Assembly (NCBI GenBank): GCA_947474595.1
Contig: CANJIV010000004.1
Location: 148,732 to 212,731 of the forward strand
DNA: 64,000 bases
Direction: 5' to 3'
DNA from: Solirubrobacterales bacterium
Lineage (GTDB): Bacteria; Actinomycetota; Thermoleophilia; Solirubrobacterales; Solirubrobacteraceae
A model generated the notes under the pieces. That model saw nothing but the letters and a program-made list of their open reading frames with translations. It was not told where the DNA came from and ran no database searches. The position numbers and the translations under genes were made by a program. Each line of letters starts with the position of its first letter. Within the stretch, counting starts at the first letter, position 1. Positions 9,279 to 18,784 of this stretch are shown in pieces.

Positions 9279-10525
9279 TGGCTGAGCTGCTGCGCTTTGC
9301 CACCTGCGGATCGGTTGACGACGGCAAAAGCACGTTGATTGGCCGCCTGCTCTACGACTCAAAGCAGATCCTGGCCGACCAGCTGCAACACGTCGAAGAT
9401 GTCTCTCAGCGTCGCGGAGATGGCTCCTTGGACCTCGCCCTGCTGACCGACGGGCTGCGCGCCGAGCGCGAGCAAGGGATCACTATCGACGTTGCCTATC
9501 GGGCTTTCGCGACCGCGCGCCGACGTTTCATCATCGCCGACTGCCCAGGCCACGAGCAGTACACGCGCAACATGGTCACTGGCTCCTCGACCGCCGACCT
9601 CTCGATCGTCTTGATCGACGCTCGCAACGGCGTCGTCGCCCAGTCGCGCCGCCACGCTTCGATCGCATCCCTACTGCGGATCCCACATCTTGTTGTCTGT
9701 GTCAACAAGATGGATCTTGTCGACTGGGACGAGAGCGCATTTGATGCGGTGGTAGCGCAGTTCGCAGAGGTCGCCCAGCGGCTAGAGATTCCCGATGTGA
9801 CCTTCATAGCCATCTCGGCAAGGCTTGGTGACAACGTAGTCGAGCGCTCTGAGCGGATGCCGTGGTATGACGGGCCAACGCTCCTGACCCACCTTGAAGA
9901 GGTAGAGATCGCGTCTGAACAAAGTCTCGCGCCAGCACGTTTCCCAGTCCAGTGGGTTATCCGGCCCCAAGATGCTGACCATCCCGACTACCGCGGATAC
10001 GCTGGCCGTGTCGCAGGCGGATCGCTAGCCCTCGGCGACGACGTCGTGATCCTGCCATCGGGTCGCAGCAGTCGTGTGGCTGGCATCGACACGCTCGATG
10101 GCGATCTCGACCGCGCTAGTGCGCCGATGTCAGTGACGGTGCTGCTCGAAGACGACATAGACGTCGCTCGCGGCGACATGATCGTGACAGGCGAAGAGCT
10201 GCCGCTTGTCACAAGTCAACTCAGAGCAAGAATCTGCTGGATGGCTCAGAGCCCCCTGCGTGTGGGTGACCGCTACGTGATCAAACACACGACGCGGTCT
10301 GTGCGCGCTGTCGTTGACGGCGTGGAGGATCGCCTCGACATCGAGACACTGCGCTCCGACCAGAGCGCTGAGGAGCTACTCCTAAACGACATCGGCGCCG
10401 TCTCGCTGCGCCTCAGCGGGCCGCTGGTCGTAGATCCCTACTCATCAAACCGCGAGACGGGCTCCTTCATCCTGATCGACGAGTCCTCAAATGACACCGT
10501 CGCAGCAGGGATGATCCTGGGCTGA
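9278..10525 (+). CDS. cysN: sulfate adenylyltransferase subunit 1 (GTPase), without fused APS kinase domain
   Basis: 415 aa. G motifs GSVDDGKST, DCPGH and NKMD. The protein ends after the EF-Tu-like beta domains. Confidence 0.9.
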   Translation: MAELLRFATCGSVDDGKSTLIGRLLYDSKQILADQLQHVEDVSQRRGDGSLDLALLTDGLRAEREQGITIDVAYRAFATARRRFIIADCPGHEQYTRNMVTGSSTADLSIVLIDARNGVVAQSRRHASIASLLRIPHLVVCVNKMDLVDWDESAFDAVVAQFAEVAQRLEIPDVTFIAISARLGDNVVERSERMPWYDGPTLLTHLEEVEIASEQSLAPARFPVQWVIRPQDADHPDYRGYAGRVAGGSLALGDDVVILPSGRSSRVAGIDTLDGDLDRASAPMSVTVLLEDDIDVARGDMIVTGEELPLVTSQLRARICWMAQSPLRVGDRYVIKHTTRSVRAVVDGVEDRLDIETLRSDQSAEELLLNDIGAVSLRLSGPLVVDPYSSNRETGSFILIDESSNDTVAAGMILG

Positions 10526-10527
10526 GC

Positions 10528-10632
10528 GGCCGGGCCGGGTGCGGGGGCCGGGGCCGGGTGCGGGGGCCGGGGCCGGGTGCGGGTGCGGGGGCCGGGGCCG
10601 GGTGCGGGGGCCGGGGCCGGGCCGGGTGCGGG
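10528..10632 (+). repeat. G-rich imperfect tandem repeat, ~19-bp unit GGGTGCGGGGGCCGGGGCC, about 5 copies
   Basis: GGGTGC recurs at 10537, 10556, 10575, 10581, 10600 and 10624 (spacings 19, 19, 6, 19, 24). There are many G3-G5 runs. The repeat starts 3 nt after the cysN stop. Confidence 0.9.
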
Positions 10633-10913
10633 AGCGAGCGCAGCGATAGGCGTCGCGCCACGCGCTGACTGATTCGAAAGAGGCCTACCCCTGCTCCATC
10701 TTCAGCGAATCTGCCTAAGGGGCCGAGAGCGAGGCTCGATGATCGCTGACATGCACCTCTCTCCAGATATAAATCATCGATCGCAAGTCCCTATCAAGCG
10801 CTCGTCTACGTTTTGTACCGTGGGCGTGCTGTTTGTCGCAGTCGTGTGCGCGGGACCGAAGGCCGTCGACGTTGTGTACCCATGGCGTGCGCTTTGTTGA
10901 CGTTGAGGGCGAC

Positions 10914-10949
10914 CGTTCGGCGCGTCGTTCGGCGCGTCGTTCGGCGCGG
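10914..10949. repeat. 12-bp tandem repeat CGTTCGGCGCGT x3
   Basis: Read directly: cgttcggcgcgt cgttcggcgcgt cgttcggcgcgg. Confidence 0.9.
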
Positions 10950-11003
10950 TTGGGCCTGATCTAAATCCCTACCACCAACGAACTACGCCCGCAAGATCAG
11001 GCG

Positions 11004-11882
11004 GTGGCTCGACTAGCCACGTCCCAGCACGGACTTGTGACCAGCCGACAGCTAGCGGCGATCGGGGTGACATACCGCTCGATCGGCTATCAGATAGCGG
11101 CAGGGCGTCTGCATCCAGTGCACCGTGGGGTCTATCTCGTCGGGCATCGGGCTGCGCCTCACAACAGCCGCTTCAGGGCCGCCGTCCTCGCGGTGGGAGC
11201 CGATGCGCTACTCAGCCATCGTTGTGCGGGAGCCCTCTGGGGACTGATCGATTCGCCGAGGGGACCGGTTGATGTCACCGTGGTCGGTCGGCGCCCTCGT
11301 AAGCGTGACGGCATCCATCTCCACCGCGTCGGGCATCTCGATCGACAAGATGTCGACGAGCGAGACGGCATCGCCGTCACCGCTCCAGCGCGCACCGTGC
11401 TCGATCTCGCCACCACTGCCTCCTCCGCCACGATCGAACGGGCTGCGGCCCAAGCACGGATCCTCGGATTGATAACAACCCAGTCCCTACTCGCGGCGAT
11501 GCAACTGGCGCCACAACATCGCGCAATCCCGAAATTGCAGGAGCTGCTTGCACGGGCAAACGAACCCGCCTTCACTCGTTCGATCGCAGAACGCAAGATG
11601 CTCGACCTCTTGCGCAGCGCGCGGATTGGCCCGACCGCCACCAACGTGCTGGTCAACGGGCATGAGGCTGATTTTTTCTGGCGTGAGGAGCGCCTTATCG
11701 TCGAGGTAGACGGCTATCGCTATCACGGATCTCGGGAAGCGTTTGAGCGTGATCGCAAGCGCGATGGGGCTTACGTCGCCGCGGGATATCGAGTGCTGAG
11801 AGTCACCTGGCGACAGCTTGTTGAGGAGCCGGCTGCGGTGGTCGCAACGGTCGCGGCAGCAGTCGCCCAACGCACTGCCTAA
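11004..11882 (+). CDS. DUF559 (Vsr-like endonuclease fold) protein with AbiEi-like N-terminal HTH region
   Basis: 292 aa. N-terminal HGLVTSRQLAAIGV...HRGVYLV pattern. C-terminal ADFFWREERLIVEVDGYRYH...RDRKRD typical of DUF559. Confidence 0.7.
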   Translation: MARLATSQHGLVTSRQLAAIGVTYRSIGYQIAAGRLHPVHRGVYLVGHRAAPHNSRFRAAVLAVGADALLSHRCAGALWGLIDSPRGPVDVTVVGRRPRKRDGIHLHRVGHLDRQDVDERDGIAVTAPARTVLDLATTASSATIERAAAQARILGLITTQSLLAAMQLAPQHRAIPKLQELLARANEPAFTRSIAERKMLDLLRSARIGPTATNVLVNGHEADFFWREERLIVEVDGYRYHGSREAFERDRKRDGAYVAAGYRVLRVTWRQLVEEPAAVVATVAAAVAQRTA

Positions 11883-12007
11883 GGCCAACTATCCGACCGC
11901 GCGACGTCGCATGCAACCCAGTGAAGCCCTGCATAAGCCGGAGCTCTTCGTGGCCCAACCGACCAGCCACAAGGCCAAACCAAAGGCCCGGCGGCGCTAC
12001 GCCCTTC

Positions 12008-12751
12008 CTACCGGTTTGACCCGCCAAAGATCTGGAGGAAGAAGAGAAAGACGTTGAAGATATCGAGAAAGATCGACGCGGCAAGCGGTATCGCCGACTG
12101 CTGTCCGGCTCGCTTAAGGCGGTTAAAGTCGAACATTGTGTAGGCGGCAAAGATGCCTAGCCCGAGGATCGAATAGATCAGCTGGCCGCCGGGAATGTTG
12201 ATGAAGATCATCACGATCCCAAAGCCGATCAGGGCCAAGAGCATCCAGAACAGCCCGCGCGCCCAGCCAGAGAGGTCTCGACGTGTTGCGTAGCCGTAGC
12301 TGCCAAAAGCACCAATAAATAGGGCTGTGGCGGCGGCCGACTGATAGACGACCGTTGGATTGGTCTGCAGGTAGACGTTGACGACGGGGCCGATTGCCAT
12401 TCCCAACAACAAGCCGAGGGCGAAGAGAAAGACCAGCGCCAACCCATGCGAACGCTTGACTGCGACGTTAAGCCCGACGATAGCGCCGATCGCCGCGATG
12501 AAGAAGAACAGGTAGCCGCCGCTGCCCATGTCGCGGGTGATGTATACGCCCAGCGCCGCAAAGGCGACCGTAATCGCCACAAGGCCCATGACATTACCCA
12601 GCAACGCAGCCGAACGTGACTTTTCAGCTATCGAGCCGGTAAGCCCCAGAGACTCTCTAGACGCCGGTCCGATCGGTCCTTGCATTGACATTGGTGACTT
12701 CAGGGCTCCCTTCGCGCAACAGTTCAGCGCGGATATATGGTGATCGCTCAA
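12008..12751 (-). CDS. Bax inhibitor-1/YccA family membrane protein (true start probably internal)
   Basis: Seven hydrophobic segments and the family-typical C-terminus AASIFLDIFNVFLFFLQIFGG. The N-terminal ~40 aa of the ORF are uncertain. Confidence 0.8.
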   Translation of the reverse strand: MSDHHISALNCCAKGALKSPMSMQGPIGPASRESLGLTGSIAEKSRSAALLGNVMGLVAITVAFAALGVYITRDMGSGGYLFFFIAAIGAIVGLNVAVKRSHGLALVFLFALGLLLGMAIGPVVNVYLQTNPTVVYQSAAATALFIGAFGSYGYATRRDLSGWARGLFWMLLALIGFGIVMIFINIPGGQLIYSILGLGIFAAYTMFDFNRLKRAGQQSAIPLAASIFLDIFNVFLFFLQIFGGSNR

Positions 12752-12800
12752 CGCTCAGAATACCTCAGCTGGCGACCTCGGATAATGTTGCGCCTCGCTT

Positions 12801-14582
12801 ATGTTCTCCAAGGTCCTAGTCGCCAATCGAGGCGAGATAGCAGTTCGCATCATTCGCGCCCTAGAAGAGATGGGCATTGCGAGCGTCGCTGTCTACTCTG
12901 AGATCGACCGCGAGGCCCCGCATGTCTCTCGTGCCGACGAGGCCTACCTGATCGGACCTGGGCCAGCAGCAGAGAGCTACCTAGTCGTTGAAAAGATCAT
13001 TAATGCTGCGCGCGAGTCCGGAGCCGACGCTATCCATCCCGGCTACGGCTTCCTTGCCGAGAACGCCGATTTCGCCCGCGCCTGCGATGAGGCCGGCATC
13101 GTCTTCATCGGCCCGCCTGCGAGTGCGATCGACGCGATGGGATCAAAGACTGCCGCGCGCGACCTAATGGCCAAGGCCGGCGTACCGATCGTCCCAGGCA
13201 CGACCGAGCCGGTCGCCACGGTCGAAGATGCCCGCGTTGTGATCGCCGAGACGGTCGGCTATCCGGTCGCTATCAAGGCCGCTGGCGGTGGCGGTGGCAA
13301 GGGCTTCCGTGTCGCCCTCACCGAGGAAGACCTCCAAGAGGCATTCGAAGGCGCCGCTCGCGAGGGTGAAAAGTTCTTCTCCGACGCCACGGTCTACGTC
13401 GAACGCTACCTTCCAGATCCCCGTCACGTCGAGGTCCAGATCCTTGCCGACAGCCACGGCACAGTGATCCATCTCGGCGAGCGTGACTGCTCAGTCCAGC
13501 GTCGCCATCAGAAGCTGATCGAGGAGTCTCCAGCGCCCGCCGTCAACGACGCTCTGCGCGCCCATATCGGCAAGATCGCCACCGACGCCGCAGCTGCCGT
13601 CAACTACGTAGGAGCCGGAACCGTCGAAGGCCTACTCCAAGATGGTGAGTACTTCTTCCTCGAGATGAACACCCGCGTCCAAGTTGAGCACTGCGTGACT
13701 GAGATGACAACGGGCATCGACATTGTCAAGGAGGGAATCCGCGCTGCTGCGGGCGAACGGCTGTCGGTAACTCAAGGCGACGTCGTACTGCGGGGCCATG
13801 CGATCGAATGTCGCATCAACGCCGAGGACGCCTCAAAGAACTTCGCTCCCGCACCAGGACGGATCGGCTCCTACCGTGAGCCAGCAGGTCCGGGCGTGAG
13901 AGTCGACTCGGGCGTCGGCCCCGGCTCTGAGGTCTCTCCGATGTATGACCCGATGGTCGCCAAGTTGATCGTCTGGGACGTCGACCGCGAACAGGCAACC
14001 AGTCGGATGCTGCGCGCCTTGTCGGAGTATGAGATCACTGACTTAAAGACGCTTATCCCCTTCCACACCGCACTGCTGGCTACCAAGCAGTGGGCTCAGG
14101 CTGAGACCTGTCGCGACCTAGTCGAGGACCGCGAATGGCTCAAAGCACTGGCCTTCCCCAAGGTCGAGCTATCCGCTAATGGCGATGGCGACGGCCAGGA
14201 TAAGGTTGAGCAGGAGTACACAGTCGAGGTCTCCGGTCGCCGCTTTGATGTCACCGTGATTGGCGCCGCCCCGGCCGCTAGCGCCTTCCCGGCCGCTGGC
14301 CAAGCGGGCGCCACAAAGACAAAGCGCAGCGAGCGCGCTTCGAGCGGCGGTGGCGGTGGCGGCGATGCACTTCCAGCTCCGCTACAGGGAACCGTGCTCA
14401 AGGTTGTAGTCGCGGTGGGAGCGGTAGTCGAAGAGGGCGCTCTGATCTGCGTGATAGAGGCGATGAAGATGGAGAATGAGATCACCGCCCACAAGGCTGG
14501 AACCGTCACCGAGCTAGTGGTAGCCGTCGGTGCTTCGGTAGCTGCTGGCGACCTTCTCGCAACGATTACCAACCCGGAGTAG
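12801..14582 (+). CDS. accA: acetyl/propionyl-CoA carboxylase alpha subunit (biotin carboxylase + BCCP domain)
   Basis: 593 aa. Opens MFSKVLVANRGEIAVRIIRA with the ATP-grasp core. C-terminal biotinylation motif EAMKMEN. Confidence 0.9.
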   Translation: MFSKVLVANRGEIAVRIIRALEEMGIASVAVYSEIDREAPHVSRADEAYLIGPGPAAESYLVVEKIINAARESGADAIHPGYGFLAENADFARACDEAGIVFIGPPASAIDAMGSKTAARDLMAKAGVPIVPGTTEPVATVEDARVVIAETVGYPVAIKAAGGGGGKGFRVALTEEDLQEAFEGAAREGEKFFSDATVYVERYLPDPRHVEVQILADSHGTVIHLGERDCSVQRRHQKLIEESPAPAVNDALRAHIGKIATDAAAAVNYVGAGTVEGLLQDGEYFFLEMNTRVQVEHCVTEMTTGIDIVKEGIRAAAGERLSVTQGDVVLRGHAIECRINAEDASKNFAPAPGRIGSYREPAGPGVRVDSGVGPGSEVSPMYDPMVAKLIVWDVDREQATSRMLRALSEYEITDLKTLIPFHTALLATKQWAQAETCRDLVEDREWLKALAFPKVELSANGDGDGQDKVEQEYTVEVSGRRFDVTVIGAAPAASAFPAAGQAGATKTKRSERASSGGGGGGDALPAPLQGTVLKVVVAVGAVVEEGALICVIEAMKMENEITAHKAGTVTELVVAVGASVAAGDLLATITNPE

Positions 14583-14638
14583 GGCACCTTCGCAGTGGCG
14601 TCAGAACCCCTCTGCTCAACTCTAGAGATCGACGGACA

Positions 14639-15121
14639 ATGACGCCGCGGACTTGGATCGCCCAGCTTCACGAGGTCACAAGCGTCGCCGACCTGCTGAT
14701 CGCTTTTCGCAACTCAAGCGGACGCGACTGGCCATCAGACAACGCTTTTCTTGCCGCCGTAGAGCGCCTGATCGAGCGCACCGACACCGAGTTTCTGCTT
14801 GGGGCCCCCGCCGGGGACGGGCCAGCCGCTGGCGTCTGTCAGCTGCGTTTTCGCCCCAGCATCTGGACCGCCAGCGACGACTGCTGGCTTGAAGACCTGT
14901 TCGTCGCCCAGGACGCCCGTCGCGGTGGAGTTGGTAGTGGGCTGGTTCAGGCGGCACTCGACCGCGCACAAGCTCGTGGCTGTCGTCGCGTTGAACTCGA
15001 CACCAGCGAGGACAACGCTGCTGCGATAGCGCTCTATCAGCGGTTTGGCTTCTCCGGCACATCTAAGGGCAGCGGGCACCGCGACCTCTTTATGGGCGTG
15101 CGGCTAGACCACGACGATTAG
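14639..15121 (+). CDS. GNAT family N-acetyltransferase
   Basis: 160 aa. Acetyl-CoA binding pattern RRGGVGSGLV and the GNAT beta-bulge region. Confidence 0.75.
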   Translation: MTPRTWIAQLHEVTSVADLLIAFRNSSGRDWPSDNAFLAAVERLIERTDTEFLLGAPAGDGPAAGVCQLRFRPSIWTASDDCWLEDLFVAQDARRGGVGSGLVQAALDRAQARGCRRVELDTSEDNAAAIALYQRFGFSGTSKGSGHRDLFMGVRLDHDD

Positions 15122-15900
15122 CCCACAACCCGCGCCACGTTCTGTGCGTGAATCTTGCGCTGAGCGCCGGTAGTGCGCCCGTCGGGCAACGCCGCCGCGC
15201 TGCCACTCTCAAGCAGGGCTTCTAAATAGGCGACGTCAGCGTCGAGAATCTCAAGCGCGGCCTCGCTTTGCTGCGGTGCGCCGTGGCCCGCTACGACCAT
15301 CTTGGATGCCTCGACTAGGCGCCTCAGCCGGGCCAACGTAGCGAGATAGGCGCCAACGTCTCCTCCGGCCCCGATCCATGGGATCTCAACTGGCGAGAGG
15401 TAGTCACCACACACCAAGACCTGCGCCCACGGTATGAGGTAAGCCGTGCCATCGGCGGTATGTCCATCGGCGGGATGGCACTCGAGTTCGCCATCACCCA
15501 GAGCGCAAAATCCCGGGACAGGCAGGGCCTGTACGCCAGGGAGCGACAGCGGTCGTGGTCGCTGGACGTAGTGCTCCTCGTCAAAGGCCCGCAGCTCTCG
15601 TTGAGCAGCGCCAGGCTCGGCTGTTAGCCGCGCGGCCGTCGTCTCACCGCAGCCCAGTGGTGCGTCGGGGAAGGCGTAGCGACCGAGCAAGTGGTCCCAG
15701 TCGGCATGGGTGACCAACAGCCCCTTAAGGGATCCCAGCTGGGCCTGCTCCATAACTACCGGCAAGGCTTCAAGCTCGTCTGGCAAGACAGGAGAGTCGA
15801 TCAGAAATGCCTCGTCGCCACTGCGCACGAAGGTGCAATTAGTCTGCCAGATGCGACTGGTGACAACGACTACGTCCGGATGCAGCCCGACGGCACGCAC
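15118..15900 (-). CDS. MBL-fold metallo-hydrolase
   Basis: 260 aa. THADWDH (HxHxDH-like) motif and later His/Asp ligands. Confidence 0.75.
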   Translation of the reverse strand: MRAVGLHPDVVVVTSRIWQTNCTFVRSGDEAFLIDSPVLPDELEALPVVMEQAQLGSLKGLLVTHADWDHLLGRYAFPDAPLGCGETTAARLTAEPGAAQRELRAFDEEHYVQRPRPLSLPGVQALPVPGFCALGDGELECHPADGHTADGTAYLIPWAQVLVCGDYLSPVEIPWIGAGGDVGAYLATLARLRRLVEASKMVVAGHGAPQQSEAALEILDADVAYLEALLESGSAAALPDGRTTGAQRKIHAQNVARVVG

Positions 15901-15928
15901 GATCTATCGTGCTAGACGCCGGAGGCGC

Positions 15929-16609
15929 TCACGCCGCTCCGAGCAGCTTGCCGGCCTCGCGCAGTGTCGTGACCTCAGCGGTCGGCGGCTTCTGGCCTGA
16001 CTGCAGCGTCTCCTTCTTGCGATTGACCCAGATCACTGGAATCCGCTTTTTGAGGCATGGCTCGACATCGTGGTAGTAGCTGGCCCCGATATGGACCCAG
16101 GTGCGCTTATTGCCTCTACGGCGTTCGCACTCGTTGAAGTGCCTTGGATCTGGCTTGTATGACCGAACCTGCTGAGCAGTTACGACCAGATCGAAGTCGG
16201 CGCGTAGGTGGCGGCGCGTCTGGCCCAGCAGCTTGTCATCGATGTTGGAGAGCAGGCCGGTCTCAAACTTCTTGGCAAAACGGTCGAGCTGAGCGTTTGT
16301 CTCGCGAAACGGAGTCCAGCGCGCTACTGAATCGGGCAGGAACCCTGAACGTGACGGCTCAAGCGCCCATCCGAGCTCATCAGCAACCCGGACCGCGGTC
16401 TGACGCAGAACTTCGGCGTAAAGCTCATAGGAGCCAGCCTCGATCTCGCGCTCAACTGCGCTGAAGCGTGTAATCAGCTCCTCACGATTGATCGTAAATC
16501 CGTCGCGAGCGGCCTCCTTGACGAAAGCCTCATAAATCCCGGTCTCCCAATCAATCAGGCTGCCGTATACGTCAAAGGTGACGAGAGTGACGTTTTTAGG
16601 TAATGACAT
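15929..16609 (-). CDS. HAD family hydrolase (haloacid dehalogenase type II-like)
   Basis: Start trimmed to the ATG at 16609 (MSLPKNVTLVTFDVYGSLIDWE). DxYGS nucleophile motif. Confidence 0.75.
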   Translation of the reverse strand: MSLPKNVTLVTFDVYGSLIDWETGIYEAFVKEAARDGFTINREELITRFSAVEREIEAGSYELYAEVLRQTAVRVADELGWALEPSRSGFLPDSVARWTPFRETNAQLDRFAKKFETGLLSNIDDKLLGQTRRHLRADFDLVVTAQQVRSYKPDPRHFNECERRRGNKRTWVHIGASYYHDVEPCLKKRIPVIWVNRKKETLQSGQKPPTAEVTTLREAGKLLGAA

Positions 16610-16754
16610 GTGTTGATACCTGATCTTCGAGGTTGGAGGGTGTCCATTATGCCCTGAACTGGCCAATCCACGCTGTCACCCCACCCAATCGACCGGTGGC
16701 CTACTTAGACGCACAGAGCGATCGGCGCGCCGATCCAATATGGTCAGACCCCGC

Positions 16755-17906
16755 ATGGATCTACTTGAATATCAAGGCAAGCAGCTATTCGCTCGCCACG
16801 GCGTTGCCGTCCCCTCGGGTCTACCGGCCACGACAGTTGCTGAGGCCGTGGACGCTGCCGATAAGATCGGATACCCCTGCGTTGTTAAGGCCCAAGTGCA
16901 GGTCGGCGGGCGCGGGAAGGCTGGCGGCATCAAGGTCGCCCAAGATCGCCAAGAGGCCCAGCTGCACTCCCAAGCAATCCTTGGGATGGACATCAAGGGC
17001 CACACCGTGCACGAGATCTGGGTTGAGGCCGCCTCAGATATCGCCTCCGAGTACTACGCCTCGATCGTCTTTGACCGCTCAGCCAAAGCGCCGCTAGTCA
17101 TGCTCTCGACTCAGGGAGGCATGGACATCGAAGAGGTCGCCGAGCGCGACCCGAATGCGATCGCCAAGCTACACGTCGACCCGCTGCTGGGATTCCAAGA
17201 GTTCCATGGACGTCGCCTAGCGTTCGAGGCCGGAGTTGACGAAGACGTCGTCCGTCCAATCGCAGCGATCCTCGCGCGTCTCTACGAGGCCTTCGTCGCC
17301 GAGGAGGCGATGCTCGTTGAGGTCAACCCGCTGATCATTACGGGCGACCGTGATGTCTGGGCACTAGATGCCAAGGTCACGCTCGACGACAACGCCCTCT
17401 ACCGCCATCCCGAAAACGCCGCTCTGCGTAATCCCGGCAACGAGGATCCCCAAGAGCAGATGGCTCACGAGCGGGGACTGACCTTCGTCAAGCTCGACGG
17501 TGACATCGGGATCTTGGGTAATGGGGCCGGCTTAGTGATGTCAACCATAGACGTCGTCTCCCAGGCTGGTGGCAGCCCTGCAAACTTCCTTGACGCCGGC
17601 GGCGGATCCAAGGCCGAGGCAATCACCAGCGCAGTTGAAGTGATCCTTGCCAATCCCAACGTAAAGGCAGTTCTGTTCAACATCTTTGGTGGCATCACAC
17701 GTTGCGACGAGGTCGCTAAGGGCCTGATCGAAGCCTTCGCCCAGATCAACCCGATCGTTCCCTTTGTCGTGCGCCTGGATGGCACCAACGACGTTGAAGG
17801 CCGGCGGCTGCTAGCCGAAGCCAATCTTCCAAACGTCCACGCCCAAGACACAATGCTCGGAGCAGCCCAGAAGGTCGTCGAGCTTGCCCAAGGAGTCGCG
17901 TCATGA
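16755..17906 (+). CDS. sucC: succinyl-CoA synthetase beta subunit
   Basis: Start trimmed to [15 protein letters not shown]-grasp and ligase-CoA domains are recognisable throughout. Confidence 0.92.
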   Translation: MDLLEYQGKQLFARHGVAVPSGLPATTVAEAVDAADKIGYPCVVKAQVQVGGRGKAGGIKVAQDRQEAQLHSQAILGMDIKGHTVHEIWVEAASDIASEYYASIVFDRSAKAPLVMLSTQGGMDIEEVAERDPNAIAKLHVDPLLGFQEFHGRRLAFEAGVDEDVVRPIAAILARLYEAFVAEEAMLVEVNPLIITGDRDVWALDAKVTLDDNALYRHPENAALRNPGNEDPQEQMAHERGLTFVKLDGDIGILGNGAGLVMSTIDVVSQAGGSPANFLDAGGGSKAEAITSAVEVILANPNVKAVLFNIFGGITRCDEVAKGLIEAFAQINPIVPFVVRLDGTNDVEGRRLLAEANLPNVHAQDTMLGAAQKVVELAQGVAS

Positions 17907-18778
17907 GCGTCTTGGTTGGTAAGGACACTCGTCTTTGCGTCTCTGGCATCACTGGCCGCGAAGGCACCTTCCACGCGCTCAACAACCGTAATTACGGCAC
18001 CAATGTCGTGGCTGGCGTCACTCCTGGCAAGGGTGGCCAAGACGTCGAGGGCATCCCTGTATTTGACACCTTTCACGCCGCGGTAGCTGACAGTGGCGCC
18101 AACACGGCGATGATCTTCGTCCCACCACGCTTCGCAGCCGACTCGATCCTCGAGGCACAGGACGCCGGCATTGAGCTGATCATCGCGATCACTGAGGGGA
18201 TCCCGGCCCACGATGAACTGCGCGTCTTTAACCATCTCTCTCACCAGTCAGGCGTTCGCCTAATAGGTCCCAACTGTCCGGGAATCCTCTCTCCTGGCAA
18301 GGCCAACGTTGGAATCATTCCGGCCTCCTTCTTCAAGGAGGGCAACGTTGGCGTGGTCTCGCGCTCAGGGACCCTGACCTACCAGATCGGCAACGAACTA
18401 GCACGCGCAGGCTTCGGCAACTCTTCGATCGTGGGCATCGGCGGAGACCCAGTTCCAGGCTCTAGCTTCATCGACATCATCGCGCTCTTCGAGGCAGATC
18501 CTGAGACTGAGTTGATCGTAATGTCGGGCGAGATCGGCGGCTCGGCAGAAGAGGAGGCCGCGGAGTACATCGCCGCCAACGTGACCAAGCCAGTCGTCGC
18601 CTACATCGCTGGCTTCACAGCCCCTCCCGGAAAAACGATGGGCCATGCTGGTGCGATCGTCTCGGGCACAGCGGGTACTGCCGTCGCAAAAGCTGAAGCA
18701 CTTGAAGCGAAGGGGGTGCGTGTCGGCCGCACGCCCACAGAGACTGCCGAGATCGCCGCTCAGATTCTCAGCGCCTGA
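17903..18778 (+). CDS. sucD: succinyl-CoA synthetase alpha subunit
   Basis: 291 aa. SRSGTLTYQ and the phosphohistidine loop MGHAGAIV. Overlaps the sucC stop. Confidence 0.92.
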   Translation: MSVLVGKDTRLCVSGITGREGTFHALNNRNYGTNVVAGVTPGKGGQDVEGIPVFDTFHAAVADSGANTAMIFVPPRFAADSILEAQDAGIELIIAITEGIPAHDELRVFNHLSHQSGVRLIGPNCPGILSPGKANVGIIPASFFKEGNVGVVSRSGTLTYQIGNELARAGFGNSSIVGIGGDPVPGSSFIDIIALFEADPETELIVMSGEIGGSAEEEAAEYIAANVTKPVVAYIAGFTAPPGKTMGHAGAIVSGTAGTAVAKAEALEAKGVRVGRTPTETAEIAAQILSA

Positions 18779-18784
18779 GTGGTT

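Noticed and set aside
10467-10661. 64-aa minus-strand ORF (PAPAPAPGPGP-rich) across the G-rich repeat.
   Set aside because: The peptide is just the translation of the C-rich strand of the tandem repeat. It overlaps the cysN 3' end and has no start context.
10809-10899. Two ~30-bp similar segments spaced 60 bp apart, superficially CRISPR-like.
   Set aside because: There are only two copies, with roughly 70 percent identity. There are no further repeats, no cas genes and no leader, so this is not an array.
11004-11882. AbiEi-like/DUF559 protein as a type IV toxin-antitoxin or defence module.
   Set aside because: No AbiEii nucleotidyltransferase toxin or other partner is adjacent. This is the common stand-alone DUF559 architecture.
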